The position numbers and the translations under genes were made by a program. From a virus (lineage: Duplodnaviria; Caudoviricetes): DNA of 37,113 nucleotides. Each line of letters starts with the position of its first letter. The first letter of the stretch is position 1. The DNA lies in the IMG/VR virus record IMGVR_UViG_3300011335_000318, positions 1-37,113 of that record; one strand, given 5' to 3'. Below the pieces are notes generated by a model, which was given only the letters and a program-made list of their open reading frames with translations, searched no databases and was not told where the DNA came from. This document shows, piece after piece, positions 24,986 to 34,198 of the stretch.

Positions 24986-25808
24986 AGTCACGGATCTAGA
25001 GCTGATCGAGCTTTCGCTGGTCGACGAACCAGCCAACCCAGCAGCGCGCGTCGTGATGTTCAAGCGCGCCAACCCCGACGAGATGAAGATCCAAGAATTG
25101 ATCGCCGGGGGGATGTCAGAGGCAGACGCCCGAGATCAAGTTGCGCAGATGAGGCGCAACAAGGGGGCCGGACCGACCGGCGATCTGGGTCAAGAGGAGA
25201 AGTCCATGCCCGATCAAGAGAAGCGCCTCGAAGAGCTCGAGGCGGCAAACAAGCGCCTTGAGGCATCTCGCGACGCGCTTGTGAAGTCGCTCGAAGGCGA
25301 GGGCTATGTCGTGCAGATCGCCGACACCGCAGTCACCGTCGAAAAGCGTCAAGCGGAAGACTATATCGACGTCGCCGGCGAGCAGGTGCTGAAAAGCGCG
25401 CTTCCCGCAGGCGTCCTTGCGATGATCTCGAAGCAGGCCGGAGAGCTGGCCGAAGTCAATAAGAAGCTGGAAACCGAAGAGCTGGTCAAGCGCGTCAGCG
25501 CCGAGATCCCGCGCTTGTCCGGATCCCCAGCAATGAAGGGCGCAGTTCTCAAGGCGATCGACGCGATCGCAGACGAAGAGATCCGCAAAGCCGCTCACGC
25601 TATGCTGAAAGGCGCGAATGCTCTCGCCTCGAAGATGACCCGCGAGTTCGGGACCGTCGCGCCGCAAGAGAGCGACGCGCTGACCGAGCTTAACAAGATG
25701 GCCGAAGACTATGCAGCCGAGAAGAAGGTGACGTTCGAGAAGGCATATGCCGACGTGACGCGCACCGGTCGCGGAGCAGAGCTCTTCGCCAAACGTAACG
25801 CTCAGTAA
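24975..25808 (+). CDS. Capsid scaffolding protein with an N-terminal protease-like strand
   Basis: ELSLVDEPANPAARV at the N-terminus, remainder helical and charged, upstream of the capsid genes. Confidence 0.75.
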   Translation: MPYEVTDLELIELSLVDEPANPAARVVMFKRANPDEMKIQELIAGGMSEADARDQVAQMRRNKGAGPTGDLGQEEKSMPDQEKRLEELEAANKRLEASRDALVKSLEGEGYVVQIADTAVTVEKRQAEDYIDVAGEQVLKSALPAGVLAMISKQAGELAEVNKKLETEELVKRVSAEIPRLSGSPAMKGAVLKAIDAIADEEIRKAAHAMLKGANALASKMTREFGTVAPQESDALTELNKMAEDYAAEKKVTFEKAYADVTRTGRGAELFAKRNAQ

Positions 25809-25819
25809 AGGGGGCCAAG

Positions 25820-26185
25820 ATGGCAGTCCAAGATAACATTACCTGCGTGTCCCTAGAGGCCAGTGCTGACCTCTCGGCAAAGCAGTTTTGCTTCATGTCC
25901 GTAAACTCGAGCGGGCAAATCGCAGCAACCGGCGCGGGCTTGATGGCTCAAGGCGTGCTGCAAAACGACCCAGCAGCCGCTGGGCGTGCGGGTCTGGTCG
26001 CAATCGGCGGCAAGGTGAAAGTCTTGTGCGGTGCGGCAGTCACTCGTGGCGGTCCGGTCGCTTCGACCAGCACCGGCACAGCAACGAACGCCACGACCGG
26101 GAATATCATTCTCGGCACGGCTCTTGAAACCGGCGCTTCTGGGCGGATCATCGAGATCCTGTTCCAGCCGCGCGGCGCAGCATAA
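25820..26185 (+). CDS. Capsid decoration / cement protein (DUF2190-like)
   Basis: Small Gly/Ala-rich protein (GVLQN, G.ALE.G..G.IIEILF) just before the MCP. Confidence 0.8.
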   Translation: MAVQDNITCVSLEASADLSAKQFCFMSVNSSGQIAATGAGLMAQGVLQNDPAAAGRAGLVAIGGKVKVLCGAAVTRGGPVASTSTGTATNATTGNIILGTALETGASGRIIEILFQPRGAA

Positions 26186-26203
26186 GGCAAGGGGATCTAG
26201 ATC

Positions 26204-27196
26204 ATGCCACAACCTACAGTCAGCGCGTTCCATATTGACGCCGCTCTCACGAATATCTCTCTGGCATTGCTGCAAAACCCGCAGAGCTTCATCGCTTCGC
26301 GCGTCTTCCAGAACGTGCCCGTTCAGAAGCAGTCGGACAAATATTTTACGTTCGACCGTTCCTACTTCAACCGCAACGGCGCAAAGAAGCGCGCCGCCGG
26401 CGCGCGCGTGGCCGAGGTCGGCTATGCGCTCTCAAATGACAGCTATTTCTGCGAAGAATACGGTGTCGCAATCCCAGTTCCAGATCAGGTCCGGGCAAAC
26501 TCGGAAGCAGCCAACGATCCAGCGCGCGCAGCCGCAGAGCTGGCAACGCACCAGATGCTGATCTCGAAAGAGAACGACTTCGCGTCGTCCTTCTTCACGA
26601 CCGGCTTGTGGGCGACGGACATCACCGGCGTCGCGTCCGCTCCTTCGGCGGGTCAGGTTATCCGCTGGTCGGACACCACCTCTGGCGACCCGATCGGCAA
26701 CATCCGCGCAGGCGTCGATGCGATCCTAGGATCGACCGGCGTCAAGCCAAACGTGCTGGCAATCGGTCGTCCAGTTTACTCGGCGCTCGTGAACCACCCG
26801 TCGATCTTGGGCCGCTTCAATGGCGGCGCGACCACCGCGCAGCCTTCGATCGCCTCGTTGAACCTGCTTGCGCAGATCTTCGAGCTGGACGAAGTCGTCG
26901 TCGGCGAAGCAATCCAGAACACCGCAGCGGAAGGTGACACTCCCGCGCACTCGTTTATTCTGGGCAAAAAGGCGCTTCTGACGTATCGTCCACCAGCTCC
27001 CGGGATTATGACCCCAGCAGCGGGCTATACGTTCTCTTGGGCCGGCTACTTGGGCGGCACGAACGAATACGGGTTCGTGATCGACACCAAACGCCGCGAT
27101 GAAGAAGACACCGACGTGATCCGCGCTCGCGCTCACTACGATCACAAGCTCGTCTCGTCTTCTCTGGGCTACTTCTGGGACGCGATCGTCGCATGA
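26204..27196 (+). CDS. Major capsid protein (HK97 fold, lambda E-like)
   Basis: 330 aa, with DAALTNIS, FIASRVF..VPV, W......DPI, PN.L and AGYTF patterns, plus synteny. Confidence 0.9.
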   Translation: MPQPTVSAFHIDAALTNISLALLQNPQSFIASRVFQNVPVQKQSDKYFTFDRSYFNRNGAKKRAAGARVAEVGYALSNDSYFCEEYGVAIPVPDQVRANSEAANDPARAAAELATHQMLISKENDFASSFFTTGLWATDITGVASAPSAGQVIRWSDTTSGDPIGNIRAGVDAILGSTGVKPNVLAIGRPVYSALVNHPSILGRFNGGATTAQPSIASLNLLAQIFELDEVVVGEAIQNTAAEGDTPAHSFILGKKALLTYRPPAPGIMTPAAGYTFSWAGYLGGTNEYGFVIDTKRRDEEDTDVIRARAHYDHKLVSSSLGYFWDAIVA

Positions 27197-27477
27197 TGAA
27201 CCTAGAGCACCGAGCTTTTCAGAAGTCGGATCCGCTCTTCGCGTATCGCCCGTTCCATGCGAACGGGCGATCGTTCGAGCGCGGAGAAGCCTTCGATTGG
27301 CAAGCCTTGGGCATTGCCGCAGAAAAGGTCGAGCTCCTTTTCCGGTCCGTTATGGTCCGCCATTACGAGCCCGGGAACCCTGCAATCGACCTCCGCAATA
27401 AAGGTCTCGGCGTCGCACTCGCCGAGGACATCAAAGCACCCGCAGCCAAAGCGCGCAGCGCGAAGGTGGCGGCATGA
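27193..27477 (+). CDS. Hypothetical head-associated protein (94 aa)
   Basis: ATGA-coupled to the MCP and the next gene. Confidence 0.7.
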   Translation: MMNLEHRAFQKSDPLFAYRPFHANGRSFERGEAFDWQALGIAAEKVELLFRSVMVRHYEPGNPAIDLRNKGLGVALAEDIKAPAAKARSAKVAA

Positions 27478-27932
27478 CGTGGACCTACGGGGGAGCGCCC
27501 GGCACAACGAGCGCAGCAACGCGGCGTGACGCCGTGCGCCTCTTCGTGGGGGACACGGACACGACCGACCAGCAGACCAGCGACGAAGAGATCGCGTTCG
27601 CGCTCTCGCAGGCGTCCGATGACGTCTATATCGCCGGCGCGGTCATATGCCGGGCTTTATCTGGCAAGTTCGCGCGCCTCGTCGACACCAGCGTCGAGAG
27701 CGTCTCGTCGTCCTACTCGCAGCGCGCGACGCAGTATGCAGAGCTCGCGGTGCGCCTCACCAAGGATAGCAAGCGACTTGGATCCGGCGGTCTCGGCGTG
27801 CCGGACGCCGGCGGGATCTCAATTGCGGACATGATCTCGGTCGAGAGTGACCCAGATCGCGTCTCGGGCGCGTTCCGGATCGACCAGTTCAACAATCCAC
27901 CGCGCTATAGCAACCCGCTCGACGAGGTCTAA
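27474..27932 (+). CDS. Head-tail adaptor
   Basis: WTY...DAVRLFVGDTD...SDEEI N-terminus, plus synteny. Confidence 0.75.
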   Translation: MTWTYGGAPGTTSAATRRDAVRLFVGDTDTTDQQTSDEEIAFALSQASDDVYIAGAVICRALSGKFARLVDTSVESVSSSYSQRATQYAELAVRLTKDSKRLGSGGLGVPDAGGISIADMISVESDPDRVSGAFRIDQFNNPPRYSNPLDEV

Positions 27933-27938
27933 ATCAGC

Positions 27939-28316
27939 ATGGCAACCGGCGCGCAGATGCAAAAGGATGTCGTCGCGCTCCTCCGGGATCACGGCTATGA
28001 CATCACGTTCCGCCGGGTGAACAATGGCGGGTCTTACGACCCGGCGACCGGCACGATCACCGGCGGGTCGAACAGCGACGAGACCGTCCGAGCGATCTTC
28101 CTCAATTATAACGCGCGCGACCTAGACGGCACGCTCGTGCAGCGCGGCGACCGCAAGGCCGTGATCGCTGCGACCTACAACGGGACCGCGATCGCAAAAA
28201 CCCCGCAGATCGACGACGAGCTGCGCGGCGAGGGCGACGCAGTGCGCCTCGTCTCGATCCAGACAATCAAGAGCGGGTCTTCGATCCTCGCCTATATTTG
28301 CCAAGCGAGGGAATGA
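27939..28316 (+). CDS. Head closure / head-tail joining protein
   Basis: G..ITFRR...YDPATG...DGTLVQRGDRK pattern, plus synteny. Confidence 0.75.
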   Translation: MATGAQMQKDVVALLRDHGYDITFRRVNNGGSYDPATGTITGGSNSDETVRAIFLNYNARDLDGTLVQRGDRKAVIAATYNGTAIAKTPQIDDELRGEGDAVRLVSIQTIKSGSSILAYICQARE

Positions 28317-28750
28317 TGGCGAACGGTCAGATCCTGCAAAAGATCACGGTCGATCTTGATAAGCTGGCCCAGCGCGCTGGCGTGACCGTCGCTCAGGCGC
28401 GCAACGAATATCTAAACCGGCTCTCGCTTGAGGTCGTGCGAGGCACGCCGGTGAAGACCGGGCGGCTCCGGGCGTCGTGGTTCCTATCCCCGACGCTCTC
28501 AGGGGCCCCCGGCGCTTCCGCCAATGAGGCGACGACAGGCGCTCCCGGGCTGACGATGGCGCGCCTTGGCGGGCAGGCCGAGGCGCTCTCGCAGCTCGAC
28601 GGGTCTCTTTACCTGCTCAACGGTGCAAACTATGCGATCTTTGTCGAGGCGCGCACCCAGTTCTTGCGCAAAGTCCTTGCGCGCTCCCGGGCGATCGCGA
28701 CCGCAGTCGTCGCCGAGATTAAGAACATCAAAGCGACGGGGATCCCATGA
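28313..28750 (+). CDS. HK97 gp10-like neck / tail completion protein
   Basis: TPVKTGRLRASW and N.ANYAIFVE motifs. Confidence 0.82.
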   Translation: MMANGQILQKITVDLDKLAQRAGVTVAQARNEYLNRLSLEVVRGTPVKTGRLRASWFLSPTLSGAPGASANEATTGAPGLTMARLGGQAEALSQLDGSLYLLNGANYAIFVEARTQFLRKVLARSRAIATAVVAEIKNIKATGIP

Positions 28751-29166
28751 CTATCATGCAGAACATCCGCGCCGCGCTCGAGCAGCAGATCGCGACCGTC
28801 TCTGGGATCCCGCCGACCGCAAATCGGGCATGGGAGAACGTCAAGTTCGTGCCGACGACCGGCACGGCATGGGTCAAGCTGGCGTTTGTCCCGGTGACCA
28901 GCCGCCCGGCAGTCCTCGGCCCAGCGCCGCAGATCCGGCATGACGGGTCGTTCTTGGTTACGCTGCACTTGCCAGAGGGCACGGGCCCAGCCGGGGCCGA
29001 CGCCTTGGCGGATGCAGTGCGCGCAGCGTTCACAGTCGACACCGGGCTGACGTCCGGCGGCACGACCGTGCGGTTCCGATATGCGGAGCGGAGCGTCGCA
29101 GTTCTCGACACTCCGTGGTATATCGTCACTGTCTCGATCTCGTGGTATACATACAGCAGCTCATAA
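28747..29166 (+). CDS. Tail terminator (DUF4128-like)
   Basis: AWENVKFVP, P.GTG...A...AD and WY..TVSI patterns, directly before the tail tube. Confidence 0.8.
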   Translation: MTIMQNIRAALEQQIATVSGIPPTANRAWENVKFVPTTGTAWVKLAFVPVTSRPAVLGPAPQIRHDGSFLVTLHLPEGTGPAGADALADAVRAAFTVDTGLTSGGTTVRFRYAERSVAVLDTPWYIVTVSISWYTYSSS

Positions 29167-29178
29167 GGAGGGCCTATC

Positions 29179-30096
29179 ATGCCGTTTTCACAAGGAGCCC
29201 GGACACGGCTCTCCTACATCGCAGAGGCCACCTATGGCACGACGCCGTCTGCGACGCCGGTCTATGCGCAAATCCCGTTCAACACGCACTCGCTAGATCT
29301 GGCAAAGACCCGGGTTCAGTCGAACATGATCACGTCGGACCGTATGCCGTCGATCGACCGGCACGGACAGCGCAGCGTCTCGGGCGACATCGCCGTCGAG
29401 ATGCGCCCGGCGGATTATGATTGGCTCTTGGAAGGTGCGCTATTCGGCGCGTTCTCCTCGGACATCTTGAACACCGGGACGACAGTCAAATCGTTCTCGA
29501 TCCAAGACGCCGCGCTCGACATCTCGCAGTTCCGCACGTTCGAAGGCGTGATGGTCAACACGATGGCAATGTCGCTCGCACCTAACGCGATGACGATGGC
29601 GACATTTGGGCTGGTCGGGCAGGACATGGCGCAAGCAGCCGTCGCTCCGACAGGATCCAGCTATACCGCCTATTCGACGAACGAGCCGTTCGACAGCTTC
29701 ACCGGCGCGATCACCGAGGGCGGCACGGCGATCGCAATCGTCAATTCTCTGGACTTCACACTCAACAATAACTTGAGCACGACATCGGTATTGGGATCCG
29801 CGGTCAGCCCTCAAATGCAGTTCGGGATGTCCGTCCTCGAGGGCACGATGACGGTCTACTATCAGGACGCCGCGCTGATCACCAAGTTCTTGAACGAGAC
29901 CGAGAGCGCGCTCTCGATCGTGATGGACGATCGCGTCGCCGGTAAAAACTACACGTTCTTGATGCCCCGGATCAAGATCAACGGCGCGGCAGTGCCGGTC
30001 GCAAATCCAGAGAGCCGCCTTCTGACGATCCCATTCGTCGCGCTCAAGGACAGCACGACCGGGACGCAGCTCCGCATCACTCGCACGACCACATAA
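29179..30096 (+). CDS. Major tail tube protein
   Basis: YIAEATYGTTP N-terminus, 305 aa, strong TAAGGAGG RBS, no sheath gene nearby. Confidence 0.9.
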   Translation: MPFSQGARTRLSYIAEATYGTTPSATPVYAQIPFNTHSLDLAKTRVQSNMITSDRMPSIDRHGQRSVSGDIAVEMRPADYDWLLEGALFGAFSSDILNTGTTVKSFSIQDAALDISQFRTFEGVMVNTMAMSLAPNAMTMATFGLVGQDMAQAAVAPTGSSYTAYSTNEPFDSFTGAITEGGTAIAIVNSLDFTLNNNLSTTSVLGSAVSPQMQFGMSVLEGTMTVYYQDAALITKFLNETESALSIVMDDRVAGKNYTFLMPRIKINGAAVPVANPESRLLTIPFVALKDSTTGTQLRITRTTT

Positions 30097-30105
30097 GGAA
30101 AGCAG

Positions 30106-30474
30106 ATGGACCTAAACGACCTCACGTTCCGGGACACCTACACCCACACGATCCTGCACCCGATCACGCAAGCGCCCGTCCCCCACAAGGACGGGCAACC
30201 GCAGACGATCACGCTGCACGGATCCGACAGCAAAGCCTACCGCAATGCGCTGGCCGAAGTCGGGCGGCTCGGGATCACCGACCCGGACGAGCGCCTCGCG
30301 GCGTTCCTCGGGCTGATCACGACCGATTGGCACATCTATGCAGGCGGCGAAGACGTGAAGGCCACGGACCGCAAAACCGTATACGCTTCAATGCCCCCGC
30401 AGATCCGCGACCAGATCTTCACAGCAGCATCGGACCGCGCCAATTTTTTCGCCGGTCCCTCGACGAGCTCCTAA
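30106..30474 (+). CDS. Tail assembly chaperone (gpG-like)
   Basis: Between tube and tape measure. G.DSKAYR motif, ends ..DRANFF at a slippery site. Confidence 0.85.
   Translation: MDLNDLTFRDTYTHTILHPITQAPVPHKDGQPQTITLHGSDSKAYRNALAEVGRLGITDPDERLAAFLGLITTDWHIYAGGEDVKATDRKTVYASMPPQIRDQIFTAASDRANFFAGPSTSS
30444..30450 (+). promoter_or_regulatory. -1 programmed ribosomal frameshift site T TTT TTC
   Basis: In-frame AAT TTT TTC. The -1 frame is open to 30794. Confidence 0.82.
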
Positions 30475-30794
30475 AGCACGCCGAGGCGACCTTCAAACTT
30501 GCGCAGACCGACAAGGACGGGATCTCGATCCGCACTCATTATGAGCACGTCGAGAAGACGACCGGGATCCGTCCGCCTGAGCTTGATCTCCCGGAGCTTC
30601 CAAAAACAATGGGTGAGTTCTGGGAGACGTTCCTGCGCTTGCACCGCTCCCGGCAGGCCGACGCGCCAATAGCATTCTCTGAGGTTCTAGCGTATAGTGC
30701 GCTCACCGGGCGGATCTTTACCCCTCTTGAGGTGGACGCGCTCTCTGCACTCGACGCCTTGTGGCACAAGGAAAGGGCGAAAAAATGGACCTGA
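30450..30794 (+). CDS. Frameshift extension of the tail chaperone (gpGT-like C-terminal part)
   Basis: -1 frame reads RRSLDELLK...WETFLRLHRSR...I.FSEVLAY...EV..L..LD, typical of T-type chaperone segments. Confidence 0.8.
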   Translation, partial: RRSLDELLKHAEATFKLAQTDKDGISIRTHYEHVEKTTGIRPPELDLPELPKTMGEFWETFLRLHRSRQADAPIAFSEVLAYSALTGRIFTPLEVDALSALDALWHKERAKKWT

Positions 30795-32956
30795 TCACAC
30801 TCGGCGTCGAAGTCCAGACCACCGGCAGCGCGCAGGCCGCGCAGGGGCTGGGCTCGTTCCAGAAGGCCGCAGTCGGAGCAGCCGGCGCGGCAGATCAGCT
30901 CGAGAACAAGGTCAACGCGCTGGGCGCAGCTCAGGCCAAGAGCGCCGCCCCAGCGCGCGCAATGGCGACAGCCGTCGGCGGGATCGGCGCAGCCTTTAAG
31001 AACAACTCGAGCTCGATCCAGAACGCGAGCTTCCAGCTTCAAGACATCCTTGTGCAGCTCGAGATGGGCGTCCCAATCTCGCGCACGCTCGGGCAGCAGC
31101 TTCCGCAGCTCCTCGGGGGCTTTGGTCCTCTGGGCGCGGTCGTCGGTCTTGCCGCCGGTGCGCTACTCTCGTTCGCGCCTACGCTTTTTAATGCAACGGA
31201 CGGCGCAAAAGAGCTTACCAACGCCGTTGAGCAGCTCAAGGATGCCGTCGATGCCTACGCCTCGGCGTCCGCAGCCGCTTCCTCGCCGACCGCAAAACTG
31301 ATCGAGCAATACGGCGCAGCCTCGGGCAAGGCGCGCGAGCTGCTTCAACTCAATAAGGAGCTCGCACAGCTCGACGCATTGGATGCGCTCGCGGCGTCTT
31401 CCGAGGCGCTCGTCAGTGCGTTTGGCGACTTTGAAGGGCAGACCGGCGAACAGCTAATTGCCACGGGGAAAAAGGCCGACGCCTTGCGCGCGCAGATGGC
31501 GGATCTTCAAAAGCAGGCAGAGACAGCGGGCGACGCGCAGGCGGGTTTCCTATCAAACCGCATTATGGGCCTACAAATCCAGATTGACGATTTAGATGGA
31601 TACCGGGCGGGCATTGAGCGCGTCAAAGTCGCGCTAGGATCCACGCAGGAAGAAGCCGTTACATTTTCCGCTGCTCTCGCAAATCTGCAAACCGCGTTGA
31701 CCGTCGACGAACAGGTGGCCGCACTTGGTGCGGTTAAGCAGCTAATGCTTGAGATCACCGGCGGCACAGAGAATATGACCAAGGAGCAGCGCGCGCTCGC
31801 GCAGTCGATGGTCAACGCCGCGCTTGCCGGGCTGGATCTGGCCGACGGGACCGCAGGCGCAGCGTCTAATCTAAGCACCGCAGCATCGAACGCCTCTTCT
31901 CTTGCGGACGAGCTCTCGCGCGCGTTGGGCAACGCAGTTTCTCTATCCCAGCAGAGCTTTACCGCACGCACGCAGGCCGAGATCAAGCTACGCTATAAAG
32001 ACGATCCAATCGGCGGTGCTCGAGCACTCGCAGAGAGCCGGTTCACCAGCACCGGGGCTAGCGCGCTGCTCAATGCCCCGACCGGCGTCGCAGGGTTCAC
32101 TCAAGGGCTCAAGGACACCTATGTCGAGAACGAGGTCGCCGCCGCAGAGGCGACACAAGCGCTTTCCGAGTTTAACTCTCAGCTAAAGGGCGGCGCGTCC
32201 TCCGCAAAAGACATCACCTCGGAGGTCAAGCGGTATTATGACGCGACCCGGACCGAGGCAGAGAAATACGGGATCGCGCTCAACGAGCTAAACCAGCTTC
32301 ACGCATCCGGTGCGATGGACGCGGATCTATACGCCCGGGCGCTCGACGACTTGAACCAGAAGTTCGACCCGTTCGCGCAGCTCGTGCAGGGCGTCGCCGA
32401 TACGGTCGAGAACGAGCTCAACGCAGCGTTCGCGTCGGTCATCAACGGGACCGCAGATCTGGGCGACGCGCTTCTCAGCTTCGCGTCGAATGTGCTCGCC
32501 AAGGTCGCGCAGGATCTTTTCGCGCAGCAGTTCTCCGGTCCGATCTCCGCCGGGATCAGCGGGATCCTCGGAGGGCTCGGCGGGGGCGGCGGCGGGACCG
32601 GGTCAATGGGTCTTCCATTGCCCTTCGCCAAGGGCGGCGTCGTGTCCGGGCCGACGATCTTCCCATTCGCAAACGGGACCGGGCTCATGGGAGAAGCAGG
32701 GCCGGAGGCGATCATGCCTCTATCCCGGGGAGCGGATGGGCGTCTCGGCGTCGCCGCAGCGAACGGCAACAGCGCGCCAAAGATCACAATCAACAATTAC
32801 AGCGGGCAAGATGCGTCGACGTCTTCGGACGGCATGGGCAACATCCTGATCGAGATCGGGCGCGCAGTCGCGCAGGACATCACCGCCGGGGGACCGACCT
32901 ATAAAGCGATCAAGACGACGTTCGGGATCTCCAACCGCTTGCAGCAAAGGGGCTAA
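30785..32956 (+). CDS. Tape measure protein (723 aa)
   Basis: Ala-rich and helical. N-terminal FQLQDILVQ...QQLPQL, C-terminal FAKGGVV...MGEAGPEAIMPL. Confidence 0.93.
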   Translation: MDLITLGVEVQTTGSAQAAQGLGSFQKAAVGAAGAADQLENKVNALGAAQAKSAAPARAMATAVGGIGAAFKNNSSSIQNASFQLQDILVQLEMGVPISRTLGQQLPQLLGGFGPLGAVVGLAAGALLSFAPTLFNATDGAKELTNAVEQLKDAVDAYASASAAASSPTAKLIEQYGAASGKARELLQLNKELAQLDALDALAASSEALVSAFGDFEGQTGEQLIATGKKADALRAQMADLQKQAETAGDAQAGFLSNRIMGLQIQIDDLDGYRAGIERVKVALGSTQEEAVTFSAALANLQTALTVDEQVAALGAVKQLMLEITGGTENMTKEQRALAQSMVNAALAGLDLADGTAGAASNLSTAASNASSLADELSRALGNAVSLSQQSFTARTQAEIKLRYKDDPIGGARALAESRFTSTGASALLNAPTGVAGFTQGLKDTYVENEVAAAEATQALSEFNSQLKGGASSAKDITSEVKRYYDATRTEAEKYGIALNELNQLHASGAMDADLYARALDDLNQKFDPFAQLVQGVADTVENELNAAFASVINGTADLGDALLSFASNVLAKVAQDLFAQQFSGPISAGISGILGGLGGGGGGTGSMGLPLPFAKGGVVSGPTIFPFANGTGLMGEAGPEAIMPLSRGADGRLGVAAANGNSAPKITINNYSGQDASTSSDGMGNILIEIGRAVAQDITAGGPTYKAIKTTFGISNRLQQRG

Positions 32957-32958
32957 AA

Positions 32959-33324
32959 ATGGCGATCTGGCCGGTCTCGCTTCCACAGTCTTTCGAGCTC
33001 GGGGTCCAAGACACCCGGCAATCGGGTTTCATCCGCTCGACGACCGACACCGGGCCATACAAACAACGCAAGAGGTTCACCGCGACGTCGCGCTTTTTGT
33101 CGGGCTCGATGCTCCTGACAGGAACACAGCGCGCGACGTTCGAGACGTTCTACACGACGACGATCTCCGAAGGATCCGACGCCTTCGACTTCACGGATCC
33201 GAGCACGTTCAACACGATCTCGGCGCGCTTCGTGCAGCCGCCTTCGCTCTCCGGCGTCGCCGGTGGCGACACCTCGACGACCTTGCAATGGCGCGTCGAT
33301 CTAATGCTAGAGGTGCTTCCGTAA
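32959..33324 (+). CDS. Distal tail protein (lambda M-like)
   Basis: WP..LP, GP.KQRKRFT and FETFY...GS..F pattern, follows the TMP. Confidence 0.8.
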   Translation: MAIWPVSLPQSFELGVQDTRQSGFIRSTTDTGPYKQRKRFTATSRFLSGSMLLTGTQRATFETFYTTTISEGSDAFDFTDPSTFNTISARFVQPPSLSGVAGGDTSTTLQWRVDLMLEVLP

Positions 33325-33801
33325 ATGGCGCGCTCTCTCCCGACAGCGGTCATTACCGCAATCAATAAGCAGACGACGACGAGCGCGTTCCTCGTCTTGC
33401 TCGAGATCTATCACCCGGACATCGGGACTTATTATCTGGTCAATAACACCGAGAACATCGTCGCCGGCGCGACGACATATCTTGCCTTTCCGTTCTCCGT
33501 CACCTTGCCGCCCGACGACCCAGAGCTCCAAGTCCGGGCGCGCCTCTCGCTCTCGAACGTCACGACCGAGCTTGCAGTGCTGCGCACGATCGCCGGGCAG
33601 CGCACGCGCGCGACGTTCGCGCTCAAGGTCATCGAGGCGAGCGACCCGACGACCGTCTTGCAGAGCGTCTCGGGGCTCGTGGCAGCATCGGTCGGCTATA
33701 ACGCAGACATGATCGACATCGACCTCACAATCGACAACTTTCTCACGGAGCCTTTTCCAAGTGCAACCTTCTCCCCCTCCACATTCCCCGGGATCTTCTA
33801 A
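33325..33801 (+). CDS. DUF1833-like minor tail protein
   Basis: LLEIYHP, YLAFPFSVTLP and C-terminal F.P.TFPGIF. Confidence 0.8.
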   Translation: MARSLPTAVITAINKQTTTSAFLVLLEIYHPDIGTYYLVNNTENIVAGATTYLAFPFSVTLPPDDPELQVRARLSLSNVTTELAVLRTIAGQRTRATFALKVIEASDPTTVLQSVSGLVAASVGYNADMIDIDLTIDNFLTEPFPSATFSPSTFPGIF

Positions 33802-34198
33802 CTGGTGGAACGCCTACGTCGGGATCCCGTTCAAATGGAACGGATCGACGCGCGATGGCGCGTCGTGCTGGGGGCTTGTCTGCTTGGTCTATCAAGAGGT
33901 CTTCGGCATCACGCTTCCCCGGCACAACGAGATCGAGGCGCAGATCGAGGGCGGCGCTGGATCGTTCGCGGACTTTGCCTCGACCGGGGTCAAGATCGAG
34001 CTCGAGGACGTGCGCTCCGGGGACGTGCTCCATATGTGGGGGTTCTATAATGGAAAACGGCGCGCGACCCATTGCGGGATCGTCACCGCGCCGGGTTATG
34101 TGCTCCATGCGGAAGATGTCGTCGGATCTTGCATTTCGCGCTATAAGAACGACAACCGCTTCTTGCATCGCGTGATCGGAGCTTATCGCCTTGAATAA
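33761..34198 (+). CDS. NlpC/P60 family tail tip protein (lambda K-like; start uncertain)
   Basis: YVGIPF, CWGLV, GDV, HCGI and LHA. GTG start with GGAG 10 nt upstream. Confidence 0.88.
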   Translation: MQPSPPPHSPGSSNWWNAYVGIPFKWNGSTRDGASCWGLVCLVYQEVFGITLPRHNEIEAQIEGGAGSFADFASTGVKIELEDVRSGDVLHMWGFYNGKRRATHCGIVTAPGYVLHAEDVVGSCISRYKNDNRFLHRVIGAYRLE

